DNA of 64,000 nt from Acidobacteriota bacterium (GTDB lineage: Bacteria; Acidobacteriota; UBA6911; RPQK01; JAJDTT01): the NCBI GenBank assembly GCA_965209055.1, contig OZ242374.1, positions 3,776,001 through 3,840,000 of the forward strand, given 5' to 3'. This document shows, piece after piece, positions 1 through 9,745 of this stretch. The notes beneath the pieces are model-generated. The model was not told where the DNA came from. It did no database searches and was given only the letters and a program-made list of their open reading frames with translations. The translations under genes were made by a program, and so were the position numbers. Numbering within the stretch: position 1 is the first letter of the stretch; every line of letters begins with the position of its first letter.

Positions 1-306
1 GATCGAAGCGCACTGGTTCTCCGATGCCAGATAGAGGATCAACTCTCTCACCCGTGACCAGTTCCTCTGGTTGATGAAGGTTTCCAATCGGGGGTCCTCC
101 CAATCGGTGGAGGTCAGCAGACCGGTTCCCTCGAATCGGTGGCGAGCCTGAAAGTCCTGGATATGCCGGAGCTGGAACCTGCGATGGCCGCCGGGAGTCC
201 GATGGCATTGAAGCTTCCCGGTATCGGTCCACCGTTTGATGGTCGATTCGCTCAGGTTCCAGAGTTGGGCAAGTTCTCGCGTGGAGTAGATTCGTTTCCT
301 GACCAT
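1..306 (-). CDS. MerR/excisionase-like helix-turn-helix regulator (5' part only; runs off the window)
   Basis: Not in the ORF track. Manual translation from ATG 306 gives MVRKRIYSTRELAQLWNLSESTIKRWTDTGKLQCHRTPGGHRRF..., a MerR-type HTH with the RTPGGHRRF wing; open to position 1. Confidence 0.8.
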   Translation of the reverse strand, partial: MVRKRIYSTRELAQLWNLSESTIKRWTDTGKLQCHRTPGGHRRFQLRHIQDFQARHRFEGTGLLTSTDWEDPRLETFINQRNWSRVRELILYLASENQCASI

Positions 307-510
307 ATAGGGACGGACGAACCGGAAAAACGAGTGGCTGAGTTGGTCGACCAGAAACTCTGGGAGGGCAGACTAGAAGGTTTCCGCCAGAAAGTCAATT
401 TGAGGAGTTCGGAATAAAACGGCAGGAAAAAACGGGAGATATCCGGCACGGCGAGGGGGTGGCCGGCGGCAGGTCGATGCCCGGGTAAAGGGTGCGATCA
501 GCAGGGCGTT

Positions 511-1371
511 TCAGCGGCTTGCGTCTTCGCACAAGAGGTTGTCGATCAGCCGGACTCCGCCGACGCGGATGGCGGCGGCGGCCCGGGCCGGGCCGCGAAC
601 CTCGGAAATGGGCTGCATGGTTTCCGGATCGACCATTTCCAGGTACTCGACCTCGACCAGGGGCTCCCGGCGCAAGAGCCGGAGTCCGCTTCGGCGGATC
701 CGGCCGGCGTCCCGGGCTCCCTGGAGCACCATGGTCCGGATCTCCTTCAGGGCCCGGAAGAGAACGGCGGCCGCCCTTCGCTCTTGGGGACCAAGATGTT
801 GGTTCCGGGAACTGATGGCCAAACCGTCGAAGTCTCGAACTGTCGGGACTTGGCGGATGCCTACCGGAAGGTTCAGGTCTTTCACCAGTTGCCGGACGAT
901 CACCGTCTGTTGGGCGTCCTTCTCGCCGAAGTAGGCCCGGTCCGGTTGCAGGATGTTCAGGAGCTTCAGCACGATGGTGGCGACGCCGCGAAAATGTCCC
1001 GGGCGGAACCGGCCGCACAGGTGCGACGTCACGGTCTCGACCTCCACGAAAGTCCTGTGTGTGGCCGGATAGACTTCGTCGCGGCCGGGCTGAAAGACCA
1101 GATCGACTCCCAATTGCCGGCACATGGCGAGATCCGAATCCAGGTCCCTGGGATAGGTGTCGAAGTCTTCTTCCGGACCGAACTGGGTCGGATTCACGAA
1201 GATGCTCACGGCGAGCCAGTCGCATTCGCGCCGCGCCACCTGGATCAGCTTCCGATGTCCCTCGTGCAGAGCTCCCATGGTGGGAACGAAGCCGCTGGAC
1301 AATCCACCCCGACGGGCGGCTTCCATCGCCTCCCGTGCTCCGGCGATGGAGGTGGCCGCCACCAGGGCCAT
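511..1371 (-). CDS. panC: pantoate--beta-alanine ligase
   Basis: GFVPTMGALHEGH, SIFVNPTQF, RPGHFRGV, FGEKDAQQ, SSRN and RLIDN motifs; ATG overlaps the panB stop (TGATG). Confidence 0.97.
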   Translation of the reverse strand: MALVAATSIAGAREAMEAARRGGLSSGFVPTMGALHEGHRKLIQVARRECDWLAVSIFVNPTQFGPEEDFDTYPRDLDSDLAMCRQLGVDLVFQPGRDEVYPATHRTFVEVETVTSHLCGRFRPGHFRGVATIVLKLLNILQPDRAYFGEKDAQQTVIVRQLVKDLNLPVGIRQVPTVRDFDGLAISSRNQHLGPQERRAAAVLFRALKEIRTMVLQGARDAGRIRRSGLRLLRREPLVEVEYLEMVDPETMQPISEVRGPARAAAAIRVGGVRLIDNLLCEDASR

Positions 1372-2222
1372 CAGGATCTCTCTTTGACCAGCTCCGGCTC
1401 GCTGGAACGGAAGAAGTCTGTGGTTCTGGAAGCGGGGAAACGCCCGGTGCGGACGTCGTCGACGTAGGTTTCGGTGGCGTTCAGGATGGTGCTGCCCAGG
1501 GAGGCGTAACGTTTGACGAATGAAGGAACGAAGGAGTCGAAGAGGCCGAAGGCGTCGTAGCTCACCAGGATCTGACCGTCGCAATAGGGTCCGGCTCCGA
1601 TTCCGATGGTGGGTATCCGGAGCTGCGACGTCACTTCGAAAGCGACTTCGTCCGGAATGCATTCCAGGACCAGAGCGAAGACACCGGCATCCTCAAGGGC
1701 GTCGGCGTCGGCCAGCAGGCGTGCCACGCTCCCGCGGTCGCGAGCCTGCTGCCGGTGGCCGCCAAGCGCATGCACCTTCTGTGGGGTGAGACCCAGATGA
1801 CCCATGACTGGGATACCCACATCCACCAGGTGGCGAACCGACTTCACCACGGGTCCGGCCCCTTCCACCTTGACCGCGGAGACTCCACCTTCCTGCATGA
1901 GGCGCGCCGCATTGCGAAGCGCCTCGGATGCCGAAACCTGATACGTGGCAAAGGGCATGTCGGCAACCACCAATGCCCGCCGCGCTCCCCGGGTGACGGC
2001 CCGGCTGTGGTGCACCATCATGTCGAGGGTGACCGGTACCGTCGTGTCGCATCCCAGAATCACGGTGCCCAGAGAGTCGCCCACCAACAGAACGTCGATT
2101 CCGGCCCGGTCCAGCAGGGCGGCCATGGTAGCGTCATAGGCGGTGAGTGCGGCGATCTTCTCGCCACGGCGCTTCTTCTCTTCCAAGTCAGGCACTTTCA
2201 ATGCTTTACCGTGCTTTGGCAT
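1371..2222 (-). CDS. panB: 3-methyl-2-oxobutanoate hydroxymethyltransferase
   Basis: LTAYDA, LLVGDSLG, VADMPF, VKVEG, GHLGLTPQ and IGIGAG motifs. Confidence 0.97.
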   Translation of the reverse strand: MPKHGKALKVPDLEEKKRRGEKIAALTAYDATMAALLDRAGIDVLLVGDSLGTVILGCDTTVPVTLDMMVHHSRAVTRGARRALVVADMPFATYQVSASEALRNAARLMQEGGVSAVKVEGAGPVVKSVRHLVDVGIPVMGHLGLTPQKVHALGGHRQQARDRGSVARLLADADALEDAGVFALVLECIPDEVAFEVTSQLRIPTIGIGAGPYCDGQILVSYDAFGLFDSFVPSFVKRYASLGSTILNATETYVDDVRTGRFPASRTTDFFRSSEPELVKERS

Positions 2223-2254
2223 GGAAGAACTCCTTCCCGGGAGGACTTCCGACT

Positions 2255-3988
2255 CTAGCGGAATCGGAGTTCGGGAGCAAGCAGCCACGCACCGGGGGAT
2301 TCCAGCTGCCGGATCAGGGTCAGCGTCCACCGGTTCACTGGGGAGGCCGGCATGGAGGAGCGAACACCGGACACCAGGTCACCACTGAGGGCCGCCTCCC
2401 ACCAGGACTTGCGTTTCGGATACAAATCCAGTTCCAGCGGGGTGTCCTCATCCAGGGACATGGCCCGCTTCAGTTCCAGGATGGCCGCATCGAACCCACC
2501 CAGAGAATCGACCAGTCCCAGATCCTTGGCCTGAGCTCCGGTGTAGATGCGTCCCCGGGCCTTCTCCTCCAAGTCCTGAAACTCCATCTGTCTCGAGTCC
2601 GCCGCCTTCGTCACGAACTTCTGGTACAGGTCCGCGATCCAGTCTTCCACCCGCTTTCTCTGTTCGGACCCCAGGGATCGACTGAACGAAAAGATATCGG
2701 CGTGGGGGTAGTTCTTGACCTGATCGACGCTGATGCCCATCCACTGGTACAGGTTGGTCAGGTCGAACTTGCCGAAGATCACTCCGATGGAACCGGTGAT
2801 GGTCGAAGGCTGGGAAACGATATGGCCGGCCCCCATGGAGATGTAGTACCCGCCCGAACCGGCGACGCCCGACATGGAGACGACAACGGGCTTGCCCTCC
2901 TGCTCCAGCTTCCGGACCTCCTCCCAGACCATGTCCGAGCCCACTGCCGATCCTCCCGGGCTGTTGACTCTCAGAATGACTCCTTCGATCCGGTCGTTCT
3001 GACGCAGTTTCCGAAGCTGGCGGGCGAGGCCGACGCCGCTCAGAACCTCCGTCATGGGATCACCCTTCCCGACCATGATGGCCCCGACGCCGGGCAGGAC
3101 GGCGGCCCGGTGCTGAGCCGGAGCCTCGGAACCGCCACGCGCGGCCTTCAGAAACCTGGCGCCGGAAATCGACCGGTACTCGCTGTCCTCGCCATCGCCG
3201 GCCAGCAATTCCTCTACTTGGTGGCGGTATCCCGTCTGGTCGATGAGACCCAGTTCCAGGCCCTGATCCGCGGAAGCCACACCCAGCTTCATGAAGTCCT
3301 CGAGGACGCCTTCTTCCAGGTTCCTGTCCTGGGTAACCGTGCTGATGAACCTCCCTTCGAGGTCGGCGACGATCGTCTCCAGCATCTCCCGGACCGGCGG
3401 ACTCAGGCTGTCCCGGCTATAGGATTCGGCGCTCTTGTACTCCTTGAACTGGATGAACTCGGGGCGGATCCCCAGCTTCTCCATAGTCCCCTTGAAGAAG
3501 GTCTGCTCCACCAACAGGCCGTTGACCAGGAACCCGGCATCGGGATTCAGGGTCACGCTGTCCGTGGCCGATGCCAGGTACAACTCCGCCTCCCCGACCA
3601 GGTCGACGGCCAGCAGCGAGTGAACCGGTTTGCCAGACTCGCGGAAGACCTTGATCTGGCCCCGAAGTTCCTCGATCTGGGCCCAGCTCCACCCCAGCGG
3701 ATGGATCTCCAGGAGTATCGCCTTGATGCGTTCGTCTTCCGCCGCCCGGCGAAACACCTGGCGCAGTTGCCAGAGGCTGGTCCCTTGCTGGGAGAAAATC
3801 TGAAGGAATGGATTGTTCGAAGGAAACTCCCGGATCTGTTGGGAAACCACGATCTCCACGACCGAGTCGTTCTCAACCTTGGGCACCGAGCCGCGGAGGC
3901 CGTAGTACAGGCCCAGCGAGACGGCGGCGGCCCCCGCGAAGATAATGATCAGAACGATTGAAAGAATCCACGTTTTTCTCTTGCTCAT
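2255..3988 (-). CDS. sppA: signal peptide peptidase SppA (long, two-domain S49)
   Basis: N-terminal TM helix; EYKSA, LRVNSPGGS, SGVAGSGGYY, TGSIGV and GLVDSLGG motifs. Confidence 0.92.
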   Translation of the reverse strand: MSKRKTWILSIVLIIIFAGAAAVSLGLYYGLRGSVPKVENDSVVEIVVSQQIREFPSNNPFLQIFSQQGTSLWQLRQVFRRAAEDERIKAILLEIHPLGWSWAQIEELRGQIKVFRESGKPVHSLLAVDLVGEAELYLASATDSVTLNPDAGFLVNGLLVEQTFFKGTMEKLGIRPEFIQFKEYKSAESYSRDSLSPPVREMLETIVADLEGRFISTVTQDRNLEEGVLEDFMKLGVASADQGLELGLIDQTGYRHQVEELLAGDGEDSEYRSISGARFLKAARGGSEAPAQHRAAVLPGVGAIMVGKGDPMTEVLSGVGLARQLRKLRQNDRIEGVILRVNSPGGSAVGSDMVWEEVRKLEQEGKPVVVSMSGVAGSGGYYISMGAGHIVSQPSTITGSIGVIFGKFDLTNLYQWMGISVDQVKNYPHADIFSFSRSLGSEQRKRVEDWIADLYQKFVTKAADSRQMEFQDLEEKARGRIYTGAQAKDLGLVDSLGGFDAAILELKRAMSLDEDTPLELDLYPKRKSWWEAALSGDLVSGVRSSMPASPVNRWTLTLIRQLESPGAWLLAPELRFR

Positions 3989-4079
3989 TGACCCTCTCCC
4001 AGAGATGATTTTACGTTGAATCGCGGTCGGCGTGCCAGCCGTGCCGACCGCTCGTATCAAATTCCAAAAGGAGGATCCT

Positions 4080-4964
4080 ATGGCGAACAAGCCATCCGTC
4101 GGTTTCATCGGGCTCGGAATCATGGGGCTTCCCATGGCGGGACACATCTTGAAGTCCGGATATCCCCTCACGGTCTACAACCGCACCCGGTCCAAGACCG
4201 GGTCGTTGGAAGCGGCGGGAGCCGCGGTGGCCGCTTCTCCTCGAGAGGTGGCCGCGAATTCCCGGATGATCATCACCATGGTCTCCGACTCGCCGGATGT
4301 GGAGGCGGTGGTCGCCGGCCCCGAGGGCGTTCTGGAGGGGATTCGGCCGGGTTCGGTGGTCATGGACATGAGCACCATCTCCCCTCAGGTCGAACGGGAG
4401 CTGGACGAGCAACTTCGATCAAAGGGATGCGCCCTGGTGGACGCACCCGTGTCGGGGGGCGACGTGGGGGCGCAGAATGCCACCTTGGCCATCATGGCCG
4501 GCGGAGACCGCGAGGCGTTCGACCGGGCAGTCCCCATTTTCGAGACCATGGGCAAGACCATTACCTACTGCGGGCCCGTGGGGAGCGGGCAGCTGACCAA
4601 GTTGTGCAATCAGATTCTGGTGGCCGTCACCCTCATGGGGGTCAGTGAAGCTCTGGTCTTTGCCGGGAAGAACGGCTTGGACCAGGGGGTGATGATCGAA
4701 GCCGTCAAGGGAGGCGCCGCCGGCAGCTGGCAGTTGAGCAATCTGGCTCCCCGCGTCGTGAATCGCGACTTCGCGCCCGGTTTCATGGTGGACCTCATCC
4801 AGAAGGACCTGCGACTGGTGATGGAGAGTGGCGCTGCCGCTCAGGCCGCCCTTCCGGCGTCGTCCCTGGTCAACCAACTGTTCCGCACCTCTCAGGCCCG
4901 GGGGGAAGGCCTCGAGGGAACCCAGGCTCTGGTCAAGGTCCTGGAGCAATTGGCGGGACTATAG
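4080..4964 (+). CDS. beta-hydroxyacid dehydrogenase (2-hydroxy-3-oxopropionate reductase / 3-hydroxyisobutyrate dehydrogenase family)
   Basis: GFIGLGIMG Rossmann motif, DAPVSGG, KLCNQ, KDL; RBS AGGAGG upstream. Confidence 0.92.
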   Translation: MANKPSVGFIGLGIMGLPMAGHILKSGYPLTVYNRTRSKTGSLEAAGAAVAASPREVAANSRMIITMVSDSPDVEAVVAGPEGVLEGIRPGSVVMDMSTISPQVERELDEQLRSKGCALVDAPVSGGDVGAQNATLAIMAGGDREAFDRAVPIFETMGKTITYCGPVGSGQLTKLCNQILVAVTLMGVSEALVFAGKNGLDQGVMIEAVKGGAAGSWQLSNLAPRVVNRDFAPGFMVDLIQKDLRLVMESGAAAQAALPASSLVNQLFRTSQARGEGLEGTQALVKVLEQLAGL

Positions 4965-4979
4965 GATTTTCGCGGATCG

Positions 4980-5699
4980 TTATTCGGCTGTCGGCGGAAT
5001 CGCCGCCGTTCGCCGGTAGTATTGGGCCATCCTGCGAGGAGACACGCCCAGGAGATGGGCGGTCACCATGACCTGATTGAGCAGCGTCGTTCTCACGACG
5101 CCCAGACGTTCCCATCGCCTCGCCGAGGTGACGACAGCTTCCGGCGCCAGTATGACGCGGCCTCTTCGGGTCAGCCTCCGGACCAGGTCGTAGTCCTCCA
5201 TGAAGGGGAGGTCCGCATAGCCTCCCAATTCGAAAAAGAGCCGGGACTGTACAAAAAGGCCCTGGTCTCCATAGGGGAGTTGGAGCCACCGGGATCTCCA
5301 GTTGGCTCCCGTCTCGATCCAGCGGAGACTCCTCCGGCGACTCTCGATACCCAACCGAAAGGCCCCCGCCACCACGCCGGGTGGCGCCAGCAGGCGTCGC
5401 ACCAAGCCGGCATACCTCGAAGGAAGAACCGTGTCCGCATGCAGGAAGACCAGAATAACTCCGCTGGACGCCCGGGCTCCCGCGTTCATCTGGCCGGCTC
5501 GACCTGCAGGGACCGACAGCGTCATGGCGCCTTCCCGGCGGGCCACCTGAAGTGTCTCATCCCGGCTGCCCCCGTCGACGACGATGACCTCGACGCCCGG
5601 CTCTTGGGCCGCGCTGGCGATGGACCTTGCGATCCCTTCCGCTTCATTGAGCGCAGGGATGATCACCGAGATCTGGGGCCTGGGTTTTCCTGCCGCCAT
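4980..5699 (-). CDS. GT2 glycosyltransferase, TIGR04283-like
   Basis: SVIIPALNE, VDGGS.D.T, GRAGQMNAGA, FLHADT, PYGDQGLF, MEDY and TSARRW motifs. Confidence 0.9.
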   Translation of the reverse strand: MAAGKPRPQISVIIPALNEAEGIARSIASAAQEPGVEVIVVDGGSRDETLQVARREGAMTLSVPAGRAGQMNAGARASSGVILVFLHADTVLPSRYAGLVRRLLAPPGVVAGAFRLGIESRRRSLRWIETGANWRSRWLQLPYGDQGLFVQSRLFFELGGYADLPFMEDYDLVRRLTRRGRVILAPEAVVTSARRWERLGVVRTTLLNQVMVTAHLLGVSPRRMAQYYRRTAAIPPTAE

Positions 5700-6112
5700 C
5701 AATTCCTGTCCGATTCCGAACGGCGGCTCCGAGGCCAAAGAGCCCAGAGCAGACACGCCCACCCGGCCAGCAGAAGCGTTCCCCCGACGGGAGTCAGCAT
5801 CACCCAGGCGAGCGCTGCGGTCAGGCTGTAGGCGTAGAGCGTTCCGGAGAAGAGGATCGCTCCGGTGCAGAACCCCCATCCGGCCAGGACTCCGCACCGC
5901 GGTTCCAGGCGGCCGGACAAGGCGCCCAGCAGGAGTAGTGCCAGAGCGTGGACCATGAGGTAGCGGGTGGCCAATTCGAAGATCTCCAACATGTCGGCGG
6001 AAAGCTTCGCTTCCAGGACATGCGACCCGAAGGCGCCCGCCGCCACGCTCACGAGACCGAAAAACGCGCCCAGAGCAGGGAAGAACCGGAGGCTCGAATG
6101 AGATGACCGCAT
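5699..6112 (-). CDS. DUF423 family small membrane protein
   Basis: GAFGSH, YLMVH, LFSGTLY and TPVGG motifs; about 4 TM helices. Confidence 0.9.
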   Translation of the reverse strand: MRSSHSSLRFFPALGAFFGLVSVAAGAFGSHVLEAKLSADMLEIFELATRYLMVHALALLLLGALSGRLEPRCGVLAGWGFCTGAILFSGTLYAYSLTAALAWVMLTPVGGTLLLAGWACLLWALWPRSRRSESDRN

Positions 6113-6158
6113 CGGTTCATTTTACCCGCGCCTCTTCCGGGGCGATAGCTCCGGGTGC

Positions 6159-6177
6159 CGGCGGTTTCCAACCGCCG
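6159..6177. repeat. REP-like hairpin, type A (CGGCGGTTTCCAACCGCCG)
   Basis: Same palindrome recurs at 33492-33572, 39991-40050 and 47278-47300. Confidence 0.75.
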
Positions 6178-6372
6178 AACTCCGGACAGCGCTGGGGGAA
6201 TGAGCACGCGGGCACGGAGGAACAGGCGACTGGTTGCTCCTCCAGGTTTTCTGCGGGGTGTGCAATGGGTGGCACTTTTGCGTCTCCAGCCCTGTGGTAG
6301 ACTACACGTTCTTTACCGGCACTCTGTTGAGCGATGTCGCCCCCCAATCCTTCCGCTCCCGGCGCTCACGAC

Positions 6373-7575
6373 ATGGAGATCGTCAACCAGAGTTTCACCC
6401 TGGATTTCGACTACCCGGTGATCTTCACGGAGGGTGTCTTCGATCCGGGGAATCCGGTCTTCTCGCGGGTGGTGAACCGTCTCGAATCGGACCGGCGCCA
6501 CCGCCTCTTCCTGGTGATGGACGAGAACGTCTCCCGCGCTCATCCTCAATTGCGCGCCCGTATTGCCGCTTACGCCGAATCCCGTCCTCAGGAACTGGAA
6601 CTGGTTTGCGCGCCCGTGGAGGTGCCCGGGGGCGAGGCCGTCAAGGCGGATCTCCGCCATGTCCTGACCCTGGTGGAGAAGATGAACCGGCTGGGCCTGG
6701 ACCGCCAGTCCTTCATGGTGATCGTGGGCGGGGGTGCGGTCCTGGATGCCGCGGGATTTGCCGCGTCCATCTGTCACCGGGGGGTCCGGGTCATCCGTGT
6801 CCCCAGCACCGTCCTCGCCCAGAGCGATTCCGGAGTGGGGGTCAAGAACGGGGTCAATCTCTTCGGCAAGAAGAACTTTCTGGGCGCCTTCAGCCCCCCC
6901 TTCGCGGTCGTCAACGACCGTTCCCTGATCGAGACCCTGGAGCATCGAGACAAGATCGCCGGCATCGCCGAGGCCGTGAAGGTGGCGCTGATCCGGGACC
7001 GGCCCCTTTTCGAGTATCTGGAGAAGAACGCCCCGGAACTCTCACGGGGAGAGGGGGAACCTCTGCACTATCAGATTCGGCGCTCCGCGGAGCTCCACCT
7101 GGAGCACATTCGCAGTTCCGGCGATCCCTTCGAGTTCGGCAGTGCGAGGCCGCTGGATTTCGGACACTGGTCCGCCCACAAGCTGGAGTCCATGACCGAA
7201 AACCGGCTCCGGCACGGAGAGGCGGTCGCCATCGGAATGGCCGTCGACCTGGCCTACTCGGTCCGGGCGGGGTTCCTGAAGCGGGAGGTCCTGAATCGAG
7301 TCCTTTCCTTGCTCCGAGACCTGGGCCTGCCGGTCTGGGACGAGGCCCTCTCCATGAATCGGAGCGGGGAGAGGGTGGTCCTGGAAGGACTGGCCGAATT
7401 TCGGGAACACCTGGGCGGAACGCTCCACGTCAGCCTGATTCGGGACATCGGCGACAGCTTCGAGGTGACGGAAATGGACGACGGGCTCCTGCTCGATTCC
7501 ATGGAATGGCTCCGGCGCTCTTTCGGAAAGGCCGGCGCCGGTGTGGTCGAGACTGAAACGCCCCAGGCCGGGTGA
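6373..7575 (+). CDS. eboD: 3-dehydroquinate synthase-like sugar-phosphate cyclase (EboD-like)
   Basis: PGGEAVK, GGGAVLDAAGFAAS, DSGVGVKNG, EAVKVALI, PLDFGHWSAHKLE and HGEAVAIG motifs; adjacent to an eboE-like gene. Alternative start 6334. Confidence 0.88.
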   Translation: MEIVNQSFTLDFDYPVIFTEGVFDPGNPVFSRVVNRLESDRRHRLFLVMDENVSRAHPQLRARIAAYAESRPQELELVCAPVEVPGGEAVKADLRHVLTLVEKMNRLGLDRQSFMVIVGGGAVLDAAGFAASICHRGVRVIRVPSTVLAQSDSGVGVKNGVNLFGKKNFLGAFSPPFAVVNDRSLIETLEHRDKIAGIAEAVKVALIRDRPLFEYLEKNAPELSRGEGEPLHYQIRRSAELHLEHIRSSGDPFEFGSARPLDFGHWSAHKLESMTENRLRHGEAVAIGMAVDLAYSVRAGFLKREVLNRVLSLLRDLGLPVWDEALSMNRSGERVVLEGLAEFREHLGGTLHVSLIRDIGDSFEVTEMDDGLLLDSMEWLRRSFGKAGAGVVETETPQAG

Positions 7576-7589
7576 CGCAACGAGGCACG

Positions 7590-8819
7590 ATGCAACTGGT
7601 CCCGGGATTTCATCTGACCTACTGCCTGAACATCCACCCGGGCGAGACCTGGTCCGAGGTCTGGGAGAATCTCAAATCCTATCCGGGTGCGGTTCGAAAC
7701 CAGCTCTGTCCGGGCCGGCCCTTCGCCATCGGGCCGCGTCTTTCGGGCCAGGCCGCCGACGCCCTGGCCCGTCCTGAAAACCTGGAGGCGCTTCTGGAGT
7801 TCCTGAGAACGGAAGGCGCCTACGTCTTCACCATCAACGGATTTCCCTACGGTGTCTTCCACCGGGCCCGGGTCAAGGAGAACGTCTATCTTCCCGATTG
7901 GAGAGACCGGGTCCGCTTGGAGTACACGAACCGTTTGGCCCGGATTCTGGCCCGGTTGCTGCCCGAGGACGCGGCCCTGGAAGGGAGTATCAGCACGGTT
8001 CCGGGGGCCTTTCGGGCGGAGGTCCGTTCCTCCGGCGACGTTCGCCGGATGGCCGAGATGATGCTCCGCAGCGTCGCGTACCTCCACCGGCTCCGGGAGC
8101 AGACTGGAAAAACCATCACCCTGGCGCTGGAGCCCGAGCCGTGCTGCTTCCTGGAAACGACGGACGACGTGGTGGCCTTTTTCGAAGGCCACATCCTCTC
8201 GCAGGAAGGACTCGGGACCCTGGTCCGGGAGTTGGGTCTGACGCGTGGCCAGGCGGAACGAGTCGCGCGGCGGCACCTGGGAATCTGCTGCGACGCCTGT
8301 CACGTGGCCGTGGAGTTCGAGGACCCGTCAGAGGTGCTGGATCGACTGGAAGCCGCCGCGATCCGAATCCTGAAGGTTCAAATCAGCTCGGCCCTTCGGC
8401 TCCGCTTCCGGGAGGGGGACGGCAGCCCAGAACGGACGCTCCGCCCTTTCGCCGAGGAGACCTACCTGCACCAGGTGGTGGAGACGTCGGGGCGGGGAGT
8501 CGTCCGTTATCAGGACCTGCCCCAGGCCCTGGACCGGGAGGCGGATTTCCGGGAACACGGCGCCGGATCACCCGGCATCCGGAAGGAATGGAGAGTTCAT
8601 TTCCACGTTCCCATCTTCCTCTCTCGAATGAGCGGTTTCGACACCACCCAGGATGACCTGGCGGCCCTGCTGCTCCGGCTGAAGTCGAAGCCGGCATGCC
8701 CCTACCTGGAGGTGGAAACCTATACCTGGGACGTACTCCCCCGGCGTTACAAGACCCTGGATACGACCGACGCCATCGCCCGCGAGCTGGCCTGGGCGCG
8801 GGACAGGCTCCTGCAATGA
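7590..8819 (+). CDS. eboE: EboE-like TIM-barrel (xylose isomerase-like) protein
   Basis: LTYCLNIHPGE, TINGFPYG.FH, KENVY.PDW, LEPEP, YLHQV, WRVHFHVP and EVETYTW motifs. Confidence 0.88.
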   Translation: MQLVPGFHLTYCLNIHPGETWSEVWENLKSYPGAVRNQLCPGRPFAIGPRLSGQAADALARPENLEALLEFLRTEGAYVFTINGFPYGVFHRARVKENVYLPDWRDRVRLEYTNRLARILARLLPEDAALEGSISTVPGAFRAEVRSSGDVRRMAEMMLRSVAYLHRLREQTGKTITLALEPEPCCFLETTDDVVAFFEGHILSQEGLGTLVRELGLTRGQAERVARRHLGICCDACHVAVEFEDPSEVLDRLEAAAIRILKVQISSALRLRFREGDGSPERTLRPFAEETYLHQVVETSGRGVVRYQDLPQALDREADFREHGAGSPGIRKEWRVHFHVPIFLSRMSGFDTTQDDLAALLLRLKSKPACPYLEVETYTWDVLPRRYKTLDTTDAIARELAWARDRLLQ

Positions 8820-9730
8820 ACGCGGAACCGCCGCGCACGGCCCGCAGACCCCGCTGGCGCGTCTACCTGGACCTGGGGCGGGTGTCCAATCTGCCCACCG
8901 TCTGGACCAACTGCCTGGCGGGAGCTACTCTCTCCGGCGCGGCTTTGGAGATGCCCACCTTGCTGGTCCTGGCGGCCGCAATCTCCTGCTTCTACACCGG
9001 GGGCATGTTCCTCAACGATGCCTTCGACCACCGGTATGACGGGAGGTCACGTGCCAGCCGGCCCATTCCATCCGGGGAGATCGGCCTGTTCGAGGTCTAC
9101 GCCCTGGGCTTCGGGTTGCTGGTTGTGGGCCAATCGGGAATCTACGCGGCCTCGGTGCTGCAGTCCGGTCCCCGCCTGGAGCCCCTGTTCATCGGGTTGA
9201 TCCTCGGCGTCCTGATCGTCTACTACAACTACCGGCACAAGACCGATCCTTACAGTCCCGTGGTGATGGCCGTCTGCCGCGGGCTGATCTACCTGATCGC
9301 CGGCTCCATTGCGGCCGGGTCCCCTCCCGGTGAGGTCTGGGCCGGTGCTCTGGTGCTGGCGAGCTACGTCGCCGGGTTGACCTGGCTGGCTGCCCAGGAG
9401 GACCTGAACCGGGTGAAGGCGCTGTGGCCGGCTCTCCTGCTCCTGGCCCCCATGGCGTTCGGCCTGCACGCGGCCGTGTGGGGCCCGTCCTACTTGTCGT
9501 TGTTGCTGCCGCTGCTGGGTTTCTTCCTGTTCTGGACGCTGTGGTCGGGGTCGTTTCTCTCGGCGCGGCAGCGAAACGTTCCCCGGGCCGTCACCGGTCT
9601 CATCGCCGGCATCTCTTTGGTGGACGGGATCCTCATTGCGGCCGTCTCTTCGGAACTGGCCGGACCCGCTCTCGCATTGGCCGGCCTGCTGTTGACCCGG
9701 GCTTTGCAGCGATTCGTCCCGGGAACCTGA
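8816..9730 (+). CDS. UbiA family prenyltransferase (EboC-like)
   Basis: RVSNLPTVW, GMFLNDAFD and RPIPSG motifs; multiple TM helices; ATGA overlap with eboE. Confidence 0.88.
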   Translation: MNAEPPRTARRPRWRVYLDLGRVSNLPTVWTNCLAGATLSGAALEMPTLLVLAAAISCFYTGGMFLNDAFDHRYDGRSRASRPIPSGEIGLFEVYALGFGLLVVGQSGIYAASVLQSGPRLEPLFIGLILGVLIVYYNYRHKTDPYSPVVMAVCRGLIYLIAGSIAAGSPPGEVWAGALVLASYVAGLTWLAAQEDLNRVKALWPALLLLAPMAFGLHAAVWGPSYLSLLLPLLGFFLFWTLWSGSFLSARQRNVPRAVTGLIAGISLVDGILIAAVSSELAGPALALAGLLLTRALQRFVPGT

Positions 9731-9745
9731 AGGTCGTCCGGGGCC

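Noticed and set aside
2147-3961. Long antisense ORFs (also 10718-13480, 27317-28939, 31049-33130, 42120-44273, 45545-47374)
   Set aside because: Shadow frames of real genes in high-GC DNA; no recognisable motifs.
4980-5699. Arsenosugar biosynthesis cluster
   Set aside because: Only the GT2 gene is present; no radical SAM, methyltransferase or partner glycosyltransferase lies nearby.
6270-6285. sigma54 promoter-like TGGCACTTTTGC upstream of eboD
   Set aside because: Spacing between the GG and GC elements is too short for a -24/-12 promoter.
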